A DNA stretch of 64,000 nt from an uncultured cyanobacterium (GCA_963719515.1 CAVRCJ010000010.1:256001-320000); one strand, 5' to 3'; positions 42,076 through 51,427 are shown, numbered from the stretch's first letter. Notes: generated by a model not told the origin, from the letters alone. Numbers and translations are program-made.

Positions 42076-42617
42076 GAACGGAACTGCACGTTCCCAGCGA
42101 CATTCGCTTCCTGAAGATCGTCGAAGACTGGCTTTTGGGATGTCTTGAGTCTCAACTCGGGGATTCGGTAGACTGGCCGCAGCAGGCCAACAGGCTGCGC
42201 CTTGTGCTGTCAGAGGCTTACTCGAATGTGGTGCGCCACGCCCACCACCAACAGCCCAACCTCCCTGTCCTCATCCGGCTAGAGATACGGGAGGAGGAAG
42301 TGAAGCTAGAAATTTGGGATTATGGCAAGGGTTACGACCTGTCAACCTATCTGCCGCCCAAGCCTGAAGAGATGCAGGAGCATGGATATGGCTGGCTAAT
42401 TCTGAACCGGCTGATGGACAAGGTGGAGTACCGCCTCCAAATCAACGGGCGCAACTGCCTATCTCTGGCTGCTAGCCTATCGGACAGCGAAGAACCGGAC
42501 TTGACTCAGGAAAACGGGCAGGATGCACTTGCGCCGGACGCGCCGGACCCCATCCTATCTGAACGAAGTAAGATCGAGGAAGCGCCGCCCCAGGGGAAAC
42601 GTCCGGATGAGGCCTAA
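42072..42617 (+). CDS. Anti-sigma regulatory factor (RsbW-like HATPase)
   Basis: EAYSNVVRHA, WDYGKG, GYGWLIL; ATGA coupling to the phosphatase gene. Confidence 0.88.
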   Translation: MRTELHVPSDIRFLKIVEDWLLGCLESQLGDSVDWPQQANRLRLVLSEAYSNVVRHAHHQQPNLPVLIRLEIREEEVKLEIWDYGKGYDLSTYLPPKPEEMQEHGYGWLILNRLMDKVEYRLQINGRNCLSLAASLSDSEEPDLTQENGQDALAPDAPDPILSERSKIEEAPPQGKRPDEA

Positions 42618-42647
42618 GACCGCCAGAAAGACACACCATAGCAAAAA

Positions 42648-43676
42648 TTGACGCCTCAGGCGGACCTCATTCCCCAAGGCAGAGTCTACCCCCGAAATTC
42701 AGTGGTGAACGGCATGGAGCGAAATCACAACGTCCAAACGCTTTGGCGCAGCGCTGTGCGCATGGCTCGGTTTGCGCGCTTCTCCCAACCCACCCATCCC
42801 CTACCCGCCTGGTGCTTTTGGTCTGTCGCGGCCAATTTGGCGGGCGCGGGGCTCTTGGGGGGGGTGCTGATTTACGGGCAGATTCGCGCCGCTGCCTCGG
42901 CTGATCACGCTGCTAGCGCTAGCGCTGAGGCGGCTAGGCCCTCTGCACCGCACCCCGGTCGTTTAGCAACGTTTTCCCTCGGCGACGGGCAAGCCGCTGC
43001 CTCCAAGACATCCCTAGCGCCCCCAACCTCACTTGAGATTGGTCCTCGGCACAAGCTCGACTATCAAGACTGGCTAACCCTACTGGAGCAGGAGGCGATC
43101 GCGGTTAGCGAGCGATCGCCCGATCGGCTCACCGTTTTGCTGGGCGATTCCATCAGCCTGTGGTTTCCCCCCCACTTGCTCCCCCCTGAGCGCAGCTGGC
43201 TCAATCAGGGGATTTCAGGGGAGGTATCGTCGGGTCTGCTCAAGCGCCTAGACCTGATTGACCAGACCGAGCCTGAGACCGTCTTGGTGATGGTAGGCAT
43301 CAACGATTTGATTCGAGACGTCAGCTCCCAGACGCTGCTGGCCAACTACCAGCTGATTCTAGAAGAGCTGGTAGAGCATCATCCCAAGGCACAGCTTGTG
43401 GTGCAGTCGGTCTTGCCCCACGCTGGGGAAGCGGCCACCTGGGAAGGGGCAGCCCGGCTGCAGGAGATTCCCAACGCCGAAATCCGGGACATTAACGATG
43501 ACCTGAAGGCGATCGCCCTCAAGCACGACGCCCAGTACCTGGACCTCTACTCGCTGTTTAGCGACGGCGAAGGAAACCTGCGCTCGGAACTAACGACCGA
43601 CGGGCTGCACCTCAATACAAGCGGCTACCTGGTTTGGGCGACCGCGCTGCAGGTGTATCCCTTCGAAGATCGGTGA
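42648..43676 (+). CDS. SGNH/GDSL hydrolase
   Basis: GDSIS, NQGISG, GIND, DGLH; start uncertain; stop codon lies in the inserted element. Confidence 0.88.
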   Translation: MTPQADLIPQGRVYPRNSVVNGMERNHNVQTLWRSAVRMARFARFSQPTHPLPAWCFWSVAANLAGAGLLGGVLIYGQIRAAASADHAASASAEAARPSAPHPGRLATFSLGDGQAAASKTSLAPPTSLEIGPRHKLDYQDWLTLLEQEAIAVSERSPDRLTVLLGDSISLWFPPHLLPPERSWLNQGISGEVSSGLLKRLDLIDQTEPETVLVMVGINDLIRDVSSQTLLANYQLILEELVEHHPKAQLVVQSVLPHAGEAATWEGAARLQEIPNAEIRDINDDLKAIALKHDAQYLDLYSLFSDGEGNLRSELTTDGLHLNTSGYLVWATALQVYPFEDR

Positions 43677-43925
43677 CATCCTCCCGACGCTGACAGCAAG
43701 CTGTACAGCGCGGGCTTCCTCAGTGACTCCCAGCTATTGCCGAGACATATCCTGAGATAGGTTTATACTCCGCCTGATGCCCCACGGCAGAGTTTTGAAT
43801 TTTCATCTCCGCGAGGGAGGATACGCACTATGTGTCGCAGATACATTTGCAAACTGAGGAACGGGTGACTTGCAGCTTTCGCCTACGGGCCCGTCACACT
43901 CTTTGCGGGGTGTATCACCTTGCTA
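43673..43925 (-). ncRNA. Putative omegaRNA (TnpB guide scaffold) with 5' extension, copy 1
   Basis: The 3' ~120 nt is homologous to the tnpB 3'/right-end region of the IS with compensatory stems; extended -10-like TGGTATGAT at 43931-43939. Confidence 0.55.
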
Positions 43926-44064
43926 TCTCTATCATACCAACTGCTAGCCTCAGCGCTGAGCGCACTATCCGCTGTGCATCATTTTGCGGGCGCACTTCGG
44001 CTAGCGCGACTCTCATCCCGACGCTCACCCTAACGGGTAGAGCGCGGGGCTTCCTGTCTAGTAG
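43673..44064 (-). mobile_element. 392-bp non-autonomous IS200/IS605 derivative (copy 1)
   Basis: Both ends match the IS at 56171-57970; TTTAG precedes the left end; right end terminates in TCAC; one difference seen versus copy 2. Confidence 0.9.
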
Positions 44065-44123
44065 CTAAACTGGCATGGACTTTGCTAGGCTAAACGCAAT
44101 AGCGCGTACGCCAACGGCCCAGC

Positions 44124-45317
44124 ATGGATACCAAAACCTTCAAGCGATCGCTCAATCAGTCTGAGAACTATCACCGCAAAGGATTCGGCCACGAGGACGA
44201 CGTCTCGGGGATGATGGATAGCGAGTACCAAAGCTCTTTGATCCAAACCATTCGCGATCGCAACTACACCCTAACCCAGGGGGACGTTACGATTCACCTA
44301 GCCGAAGCGTTTGGGTTCTGCTGGGGCGTAGAGCGGGCGGTAGCGATGGCCTACGAGACGCGGCAGCATTTCCCTACTGAGCGCCTGTGGATCACCAACG
44401 AGATTATTCACAACCCCTCAGTGAATCAGCGGCTGCGGGAAATGCAGGTGCAGTTTGTGCCGATAGAGAGCGGCGTCAAGGACTTTTCCCCCATCGGGGC
44501 GGGAGACGTGGTGATTCTGCCTGCGTTTGGGGCCAGCGTTCAGGAGATGCAGACCCTCAACGACCGGGGCTGTGTCATTGTCGATACGACCTGTCCTTGG
44601 GTTTCTAAGGTGTGGAACTCGGTGGAAAAGCACAAGAAAAAAGAGTTCACCTCCATCATCCACGGCAAATATAAGCATGAGGAGACCGTAGCCACCAGCT
44701 CCTTTGCCGGGATCTACCTGGTGGTGCTGAACCTGGAAGAAGCCGAGTACGTGGCCCGCTATATCCTTGAAGGAGGCGATCGCGCGGAATTCCTAGAGAA
44801 GTTCCGCCACGCTCACTCCGATGGCTTTGACCCCGATCAGGATCTAAAGCGCGTGGGGGTGGCCAACCAAACCACCATGCTCAAAGGGGAGACGGAGCGC
44901 ATCGGCAAGCTGTTTGAGCACACCATGCTGACGAAGTATGGCCCTGCCGAGCTCATGGACCACTTCATGAGCTTCAACACCATCTGTGATGCCACCCAAG
45001 AGCGTCAAGATGCCATGTACCAGCTCATCGACCATCAGCTAGACCTGATGGTGGTCATCGGCGGCTACAACTCTTCTAACACCACCCACCTGCAGGAGAT
45101 TGCTGTGGATCGGGACATCCCGTCCTACCATATCGATAGCGCCGAGCGTATTGGTCCCGGTAACCAAGTCGAGCACAAACCTTTAGATGCGCCCCTCGAC
45201 CTGAAAACAGACTGGCTTCCCGAAGGTGCGATTACCGTTGGCGTCACCTCTGGGGCTTCGACGCCAGACCGCGTCGTCTCGGACGCTATTGAGAAAATCT
45301 TTGCGCTCAAAGCCTGA
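44124..45317 (+). CDS. ispH: 4-hydroxy-3-methylbut-2-enyl diphosphate reductase
   Basis: [36 protein letters not shown]. Confidence 0.97.
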   Translation: MDTKTFKRSLNQSENYHRKGFGHEDDVSGMMDSEYQSSLIQTIRDRNYTLTQGDVTIHLAEAFGFCWGVERAVAMAYETRQHFPTERLWITNEIIHNPSVNQRLREMQVQFVPIESGVKDFSPIGAGDVVILPAFGASVQEMQTLNDRGCVIVDTTCPWVSKVWNSVEKHKKKEFTSIIHGKYKHEETVATSSFAGIYLVVLNLEEAEYVARYILEGGDRAEFLEKFRHAHSDGFDPDQDLKRVGVANQTTMLKGETERIGKLFEHTMLTKYGPAELMDHFMSFNTICDATQERQDAMYQLIDHQLDLMVVIGGYNSSNTTHLQEIAVDRDIPSYHIDSAERIGPGNQVEHKPLDAPLDLKTDWLPEGAITVGVTSGASTPDRVVSDAIEKIFALKA

Positions 45318-45583
45318 TGCCGACCAAAAAGTCGAAATCGAAGCCCCTCACGGGCGACGCTCTGGTGAAAGAGGTCTGTCGCCGCATTCGCGTCGCCCGC
45401 TCCTACTGGGATGCCCACAATAATCGCGCCTGCCGAGGAGAACGAGAGAAAGCGCTGGCGCTCTATGAGCAGCTGACCCAAGCGCAAAAGGAAAAAGTGC
45501 CTCAGCAGCTACGCGTCTGGCTGCGCTACCGCAGCGAGAAGTACTTTGGGGAGCACCGCACGCCGCCCCATAAGTCACGCTGA
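45317..45583 (+). CDS. Small basic protein of unknown function, resembling a conserved cyanobacterial family
   Basis: TGATG coupling to ispH; CRRIRVARSYWDAHNN and WLRYRSEKYFG, recognised from memory only. Confidence 0.7.
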   Translation: MPTKKSKSKPLTGDALVKEVCRRIRVARSYWDAHNNRACRGEREKALALYEQLTQAQKEKVPQQLRVWLRYRSEKYFGEHRTPPHKSR

Positions 45584-45661
45584 CGAACGCAATGCCCCCC
45601 CGCAGACAGCGCCAGCAGGGGGGCGATCGCCGTAAGCCTCGCGAACAGCTTACTAGACTGC

Positions 45662-45914
45662 GTGACATCCTCCCGACGCTGACAGCAAGCTGTACAGCGC
45701 GGGCTTCCTCAGTGACTCCCAGCTATTGCCGAGACATATCCTGAGATAGGTTTATACTCCGCCTGATGCCCCACGGCAGAGTTTTGAATTTTCATCTCCG
45801 CGAGGGAGGATACGCACTATGTGTCGCAGATACATTTGCAAACTGAGGAACGGGTGACTTGCAGCTTTCGCCTACGGGCCCGTCACACTCTTTGCGGGGT
45901 GTATCACCTTGCTA
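45662..45914 (-). ncRNA. Putative omegaRNA with 5' extension, copy 2
   Basis: Same sequence as copy 1; different downstream guide. Confidence 0.55.
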
Positions 45915-46053
45915 TCTCTATCATACCAACTGCTAGCCTCAGCGCTGAGCGCACTATCCGCTGTGCATCATTTTGCGGGCGCACTTCGGCTAGCGCGACT
46001 CTCATCCCGACGCTCACCCTGACGGGTAGAGCGCGGGGCTTCCTGTCTAGTAG
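45662..46053 (-). mobile_element. 392-bp non-autonomous IS200/IS605 derivative (copy 2)
   Basis: Direct repeat of 43673-44064; inserted immediately 3' of TTTAG. Confidence 0.9.
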
Positions 46054-46785
46054 CTAAACCGTGAAGCTAAAGGCCATAAGCTCAGCTGAACTGGGGAAAA
46101 CGCCGCCATCAAACTGAGGCAGAGTGTCGAGCGGAACATCGATTTCAGGCCCCATTGCCGCTTCCGGCAGGCCTACGATAAAGATAGGGATTTCAGGCAG
46201 GGCACTCCCCTCGGTAAGTGGGTCAGTCGCCAAGGCGTCAGCAGCAAAGGGATCAATGGGGAGCAGTTCAGCTGGAATTTGGTAGACCGAGGCGATCGCT
46301 TCGCCTGCCACTGACGCCAGGACATCGACCACCAAATCGTAGTCCACGCCCACCGCAGGAATCTCTCCCGTCAGTGAGTCGACCACCGCCGTAATCACAA
46401 CGTCCCCGGTCATATCCTGCAGCCCAATGGCCAGGATGTTGGATACCTCCAAGGCAGGAGCTTCTAAAACAGCCTCGTCAGAGCCTTCGACTCGCTCTTC
46501 CGGAGTGCTCAGGGCTTCGAGAATAGCCAGCGTATCTGGGTCGGCAAATTCTCCGGTGACGTCTAGCTCGACGGGCAGCGTGCTGAATCCAAGCAAATCT
46601 ATTACGACGCTATTGACGACGCCCGCGTCTCGAAGCAGGTCCAAGGTAATAAACTTAACGGCCTCAAAGGAAATCTCAACAGTCGGCTCAACGAGCGGCG
46701 CTACCGGCAGGCTTGTCTCTGTAGGGACAACAGTTGCAGCAAATTGGCTTGCTACAGGTGAAGGGTTAGGGATGACAGCAGTCAT
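46054..46785 (-). CDS. Hypothetical highly acidic protein
   Basis: 243-aa ORF, rich in D/E/V/L/A/P, almost no K/R. Confidence 0.6.
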   Translation of the reverse strand: MTAVIPNPSPVASQFAATVVPTETSLPVAPLVEPTVEISFEAVKFITLDLLRDAGVVNSVVIDLLGFSTLPVELDVTGEFADPDTLAILEALSTPEERVEGSDEAVLEAPALEVSNILAIGLQDMTGDVVITAVVDSLTGEIPAVGVDYDLVVDVLASVAGEAIASVYQIPAELLPIDPFAADALATDPLTEGSALPEIPIFIVGLPEAAMGPEIDVPLDTLPQFDGGVFPSSAELMAFSFTV

Positions 46786-46943
46786 TTTAGAAGGCCTCTA
46801 GAGATTTGGCATAGCCAATGTCCTGATGCATCGGGATATTGGCGTGTCCTATCGCCTATTCAATGTCAGGCCCTGAGTCAAAAGCGTTGTTTGAAGCGAT
46901 AGGGGTAAACGCAGCACATAACAATCGCTGCTTTCTCTCTACT

Positions 46944-47016
46944 ACAAAAAAGACGCAAATCTGGAACATTTTGTGCCCTGTTGCGGTCACAGCGACATAA
47001 AACATTCCAGATTTGC
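46944..47016 (-). terminator. Long hairpin plus U-tract downstream of the 47056-48120 gene
   Basis: GCAAATCTGGAA...TTCCAGATTTGC stem (46955-47016), followed on the minus strand by GTCTTTTTT. Confidence 0.6.
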
Positions 47017-47055
47017 AGTTAATGGCTTAAGGTGGCCGTCCAGCCACGACCGTGC

Positions 47056-48120
47056 CTACTCGCGAATCAAGGTCAAATCGGCCTCAGAAAAGGACTCTCC
47101 GTTGAGGCTGGCGCTGGCGCTGACTTGGTACTCCGTCCCTGAGCCAGCGGTGAAGCCCCGCAGCGGTACCTCAATCCGAAACTCTCCCTCCTCGTTAGCC
47201 ATCACGCGCTGGTCGAGGATAGTTTCCCCAAGGCTGACGAGCCCTAAGACAGAGCGACTCGTCTGCACAACGACGCTCACCTCAGCGCCGGGCCGAGTTT
47301 GCCCCACTAGGGTGATGCTGCCGCTTGACACGGACTCGCCGTCGCTGTGGCTGGTGAACTCAAGTCCAGCGGGAGCAACCGCTATGGGTTCTTCCGAAGA
47401 GGACGCAGGTGACTCTGTCGTGGTCTCAACCGCAGGGGTAGAGGCGGCTGCCGCTGAGGGGCTAAACTGCAGCGGCTGTTCCGCGACGCCGTAGACCGGC
47501 TGCCCCTGCTGCTGCAGCCGGCCCACAACAATGCCTTCTGTGACTGACCCGCTGGGCACTGTCAGCGTGGCCACATAGACGCCGGGAGACACTTCTTCGG
47601 TTGCTAGCACCTGCACCGTTTGTTCGTCATTGACCAGCAGCACCGAGGCGATCGCCCCCGGCGTGCCGGTCACGGTAGCGAGAAAGTTGTCGCCAGGGGC
47701 TACGGCGCTGCTAGCGTTGTGGGTCACTGAATCGATGGCGATCGCCTGCTGCAAGGGCTGAACCGCAAACTCCCAAGAGGACGCCCGCGTTTCCCCTGCA
47801 GCGCTGTTGTACTCCACACGCACCGTGACAGGACCGGGGGCAAAAGGCTGGCTAGGGCGATAGCTAAAGAAGGTGTCAGTGACGACGCTGCTGGCGGTAA
47901 CGTCTTCTCCATTGACCAGCAGTTTCACGGAGTTTGGCGCAACGGTTTGACCGTCAGTAGCCTCAAACCTACCGTAGATAGACGCGTCGGGGGAGATGTT
48001 GTCGCTGTCTACTGCCGGGTTAACGCCGACCACTTGCTGCGCGATGGCAGCAGAGGGAATGAGCAGCGGTAGGCCGGTGAGGCCAGCGGCAGCGATGAGC
48101 GATAGGGCAAGTCGTTTCAT
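47056..48120 (-). CDS. Secreted protein with Ig-like beta domains
   Basis: MKRLALSLIAAAGL... signal peptide; beta-strand-rich mature region. Confidence 0.7.
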   Translation of the reverse strand: MKRLALSLIAAAGLTGLPLLIPSAAIAQQVVGVNPAVDSDNISPDASIYGRFEATDGQTVAPNSVKLLVNGEDVTASSVVTDTFFSYRPSQPFAPGPVTVRVEYNSAAGETRASSWEFAVQPLQQAIAIDSVTHNASSAVAPGDNFLATVTGTPGAIASVLLVNDEQTVQVLATEEVSPGVYVATLTVPSGSVTEGIVVGRLQQQGQPVYGVAEQPLQFSPSAAAASTPAVETTTESPASSSEEPIAVAPAGLEFTSHSDGESVSSGSITLVGQTRPGAEVSVVVQTSRSVLGLVSLGETILDQRVMANEEGEFRIEVPLRGFTAGSGTEYQVSASASLNGESFSEADLTLIRE

Positions 48121-48585
48121 AAAAGGTGAGGTAATGTCCGGAAATAGTTCAAACTTCAATTATATTATTCGGAGGTGTTTGTCAAGGCCCGGAAAGGGCC
48201 AGTTTTGGAGATAGGTCTTCTGATCTTGACTTTTCCCGAAAAAGTGGACACTTCCGAAAAGAGGCTAAATAAAGATGTTCACATGTAGCAAATGTCCTGA
48301 TGCTTAGGACATTTGCGCGCCTCATTACCTATGCTATGTAAAGTTTTGAGTCCACGACACTGTCCTCAGCAATATGGCCAAAGCTATAAATCAGCAGCGA
48401 CGTCGAGAATTTGCAGACTTTTTAGCCAGACCAGCAAGGACGTCCTGGCCTCAATAAGTGGGTTGTGGGCAGACTCTGTGCCTCAGTTCAAGATTGGCGC
48501 GCTTTTTCTCTAGGTGTCCTTAAAGGCAGGGTGAAACACCTTATTTGCCAACGGCACCACGGCGGGTTGAGAGCACAGCCTATCT

Positions 48586-48681
48586 AAACCTTTGGCCAAA
48601 GCCGCTTGTTAAAACCTTTGGCCAAAGCCGCTTGTTAAAACCTTTGGCCAAAGCCGCTTGTTAAAACCTTTGGCCAAAGCC
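48586..48681. repeat. 26-bp tandem repeat (~3.7 copies) duplicating the 3' end of the Omp85 gene
   Basis: AAACCTTTGGCCAAAGCC at 48586, 48612, 48638, 48664, joined by GCTTGTTA. Confidence 0.95.
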
Positions 48682-50514
48682 AAAGTGAAGCCGACTGTCT
48701 CCCTGGTCGTTGAGCCCAAAGTCAGCCCGAATCAGTCCGATAGGAGAACCAAACCGTAGCCCTACCCCATACCCAAACCCTGTTCCCGGCTTATCCCGCA
48801 CCCCGGCAGGATTTCCCGGAACGTCTTCTCCAGTACCCAAATCAGTCCCAATATCGGTAAACAAAACGCCGCCAACAAACCGGTAGATCGGAAAGCGATA
48901 TTCCGCCGACGCTAGCGCATAGCTGCGGCCACTGCCCACATCTCCCGCCCCGTAACCGCGCACTGAGCTGATACCCCCCAGATCAAAAGCCTCGTAGGGC
49001 GGCAAATCACCCAGTATCGTGCCCGCCTGTAGATTAAAGGCAAAGACTTCGGGGTTGCTGAGACGGCCCGAGCCAAACAGATTGACGGGAATGAAGCGGG
49101 CATAGTCCGCCCGCAGACGATTCATGAGGATGCTGCCGCTGCCGATGGGCACCGACTGCTCAGTGCGCAGAGAGAGCACCGAGCCGCCGCTAGGGTTGTT
49201 GGGGTTGATGCGACGATCCTGGGCCAGGCCAAAGCCCAAGGTAAACAGGTCGTCCGTCCCCGAGTCGCTAAAGGTTAGCTGGTTGCCGAGTTCATCTTCA
49301 TTGAGGCGATCGCCGCTGTCATCGCGAATGCTGGTGCGGGCGTAGCTGAAGCCTAGCTCAGCGTCCCAGTTACCCAAAGGCCGCAGCACCGATGCCCCCC
49401 CGCCGATCTGTCGCTCCCGCGCTTCGTCACCGTTAGACAGCAGCACCTCGTCGCTGAAGGTGAGGGACTGACTGCCACTGCGGAACGCTTCTAGGCCGTA
49501 GCCCAGCCGATTAGGTCGACTCTCGCGGTAGGGGCTGGTAAATCCGGTGTTGAAGTTGAGGCCGCGTCCGCCAATCTGCGCTCCTAGTCGCACCGCCTCG
49601 CCCCGCCCGCGAAAGTTACCGTCGCGGAAGTTTAGGGAGCCAAACAGCCCTAGCTCCGTACTCACCCCACCCCCAACGCGAAACGAGCGGGCTAGCTGCT
49701 CCTGCAGGCGGTAGGTGATATCGACCACGGGCTGCGCAGTCGAGTTGTCGACGTCCAGCTCCACCGCCGCCGTCTCAAACACCCCCAGGCTCATCAGCTG
49801 CTGTAGGTCTTGCCGAATGGTGGCCTGGTTAAACACCTCTCCGGGCTGGGTCTCCAATTCCCGGCGCACAAAGTCTTCTTGGGTACGCCCCTCTACCGGT
49901 TCGCCCTCGGCGTCAATGCCGCTGCCGGTCTCATCTAGAAACCGAATCGCAATCTCGCTGATTAGGGGCTCCTCCACCTCCACCGTCAGCCCGCCTGAGG
50001 GCTCCGTCATCAGCCCCACCACGCGGGAGAGAGTGTAGCCGTTATCGAGATACCAGCTGTCGAGGCGATCGGCGATTTGCTCTAGGGTAAGGGGCGTCAG
50101 GGAGCGGCGCAGAAAGGGAGCGGTGACCTCAGCGGCGATGTCCGGCGTCAGCGCCTTGGCCCCCACTAGGGTCAGCGACGGTTGTGAAGCTGGTTCAGGG
50201 TAGGGCAATATGGGGAGCGGATCGGCGGCAGACGGCCCAGCAGACGGCCCCTCAACAGGCAAATCAACTAGCGGCGCTACGCCCTCCGACCTATCAGCAG
50301 GCTGCGGCCCCTCAGCAGGCACACTGCTGGGCGTTTCTTCCGGGTAAGGCAGTACCGCCGAGGGGTCACCGTCGATATCACTCCAGGTCTGCGCCTGAAC
50401 CGGCAGCCCAGCCGCCAGGCCAAGTAGCACTCCAAACCCGACCCAGTTTAATCCGTTCCCATTCACGCCGCTTCCCCCGCTTCTTGACGCCGCTAGTGCT
50501 GAATATTTGGACAA
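48661..50514 (-). CDS. Omp85/BamA-TamA family outer-membrane protein
   Basis: POTRA-like region, SVRGY, SAEYRFPI, C-terminal FGFGQRF; start uncertain. Confidence 0.9.
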   Translation of the reverse strand: MSKYSALAASRSGGSGVNGNGLNWVGFGVLLGLAAGLPVQAQTWSDIDGDPSAVLPYPEETPSSVPAEGPQPADRSEGVAPLVDLPVEGPSAGPSAADPLPILPYPEPASQPSLTLVGAKALTPDIAAEVTAPFLRRSLTPLTLEQIADRLDSWYLDNGYTLSRVVGLMTEPSGGLTVEVEEPLISEIAIRFLDETGSGIDAEGEPVEGRTQEDFVRRELETQPGEVFNQATIRQDLQQLMSLGVFETAAVELDVDNSTAQPVVDITYRLQEQLARSFRVGGGVSTELGLFGSLNFRDGNFRGRGEAVRLGAQIGGRGLNFNTGFTSPYRESRPNRLGYGLEAFRSGSQSLTFSDEVLLSNGDEARERQIGGGASVLRPLGNWDAELGFSYARTSIRDDSGDRLNEDELGNQLTFSDSGTDDLFTLGFGLAQDRRINPNNPSGGSVLSLRTEQSVPIGSGSILMNRLRADYARFIPVNLFGSGRLSNPEVFAFNLQAGTILGDLPPYEAFDLGGISSVRGYGAGDVGSGRSYALASAEYRFPIYRFVGGVLFTDIGTDLGTGEDVPGNPAGVRDKPGTGFGYGVGLRFGSPIGLIRADFGLNDQGDSRLHFGFGQRF

Positions 50515-50933
50515 ATCGTTCGGGCCTGTTGCTCAGCGGGAGGGCGCTCTTGCCACCCAGACAGCAGTCCTTGAAGCTCACTCTGCAGCATCGTCAGCTC
50601 GTCAATTTGAACTTGAACCGCCGCCAGCTTCTCTACAAGATACTCCTTGACGTCGCCGCAGGGCAGCTGGCCCTGGTCATGCACCCCTAAAACTTGCCGC
50701 ACCTCGTCTAGGCTCAGACCAAGGGACTGGGCGCGTTTGATAAAGGATAAACGGTTGAGCACGGCAGGCGCAAACAGCCGGTAGCCCGAGGGCGATCGCG
50801 ATACGGTGGGGTTGAGCAGACCGATGTCTTCGTAGTAGCGAATCGTTTTAATCGGTAGCCCGGCCTCCTGGGCCACTTGGCCAATCTTGAGGCGGTGTTC
50901 GGTAGAGGGTTGAATCGATCGAGTCATGATCAA
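50493..50933 (-). CDS. MerR-family metal-responsive regulator
   Basis: IGQVA..TIRYYEDIGLL, FIKRAQSLGLSL, PC and CPNI cysteines. Confidence 0.92.
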   Translation of the reverse strand: MIMTRSIQPSTEHRLKIGQVAQEAGLPIKTIRYYEDIGLLNPTVSRSPSGYRLFAPAVLNRLSFIKRAQSLGLSLDEVRQVLGVHDQGQLPCGDVKEYLVEKLAAVQVQIDELTMLQSELQGLLSGWQERPPAEQQARTICPNIQH

Positions 50934-50958
50934 TAGCTCGCAGCAGCAATACGGCCTG

Positions 50959-51162
50959 CTAAGATTCTGTTGCGCCCTGCGCCCTTTGCCAGGAGTGCAG
51001 CAGCAGGGCCACCGCCGAGAGACCGGCCCCAGTCAAAAATAGGGGCAGCCTAGGGTGCGCGCCTCCAATCATCATATCAACTAGCCCTATGGTGAAGATA
51101 AAGCTTGGTATGGGGTACTGGCAGTAGGACTTTCTCAAAAGGTGTCGCCAGAGATAGCGCAT
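50959..51162 (-). CDS. Small two-TM hypothetical protein
   Basis: 67 aa with two hydrophobic segments, co-oriented just upstream of the MerR gene. Confidence 0.55.
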   Translation of the reverse strand: MRYLWRHLLRKSYCQYPIPSFIFTIGLVDMMIGGAHPRLPLFLTGAGLSAVALLLHSWQRAQGATES

Positions 51163-51235
51163 GGGCGGTAAGTTCGTCCAAGTAGATTTATATTAGAATA
51201 GTAGACCGCTGCGGAACTATAGTCTGCTAGCGTCT

Positions 51236-51320
<85 letters not shown>

Positions 51321-51427
51321 TCAATGGTTGCCGCCCCATCGGAGCTCAAGGTAAACGCTATGGGCAAGATTTTGTTCTCGGACGAGATTCACCGCCTACC
51401 TACCTTTCGCCCCGACTTACCTACAGT

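Noticed and set aside
43793..43925. Known ribozyme or riboswitch (HDV-like, hammerhead, twister, glnA) in the mini-element
   Set aside because: Only partial motifs are present (e.g. TCCCTCGC). I could not build the required helices by eye.
43832..44068. 78-aa ORF repeated at 45821-46057
   Set aside because: It is identical only because it lies in the repeated element. It runs antisense through the left-end hairpin and has no recognisable motif.
45646..45661. Flank of copy 2 (AGCTTACTAGAC) resembles the element's own left end, and the copy 1 flank resembles an internal 12-mer
   Set aside because: These are short gapped matches not positioned next to a TTTAG TAM, and are compatible with chance.
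48586..48681. Possible CRISPR array
   Set aside because: The units are contiguous and identical with no unique spacers, and no cas genes are present.
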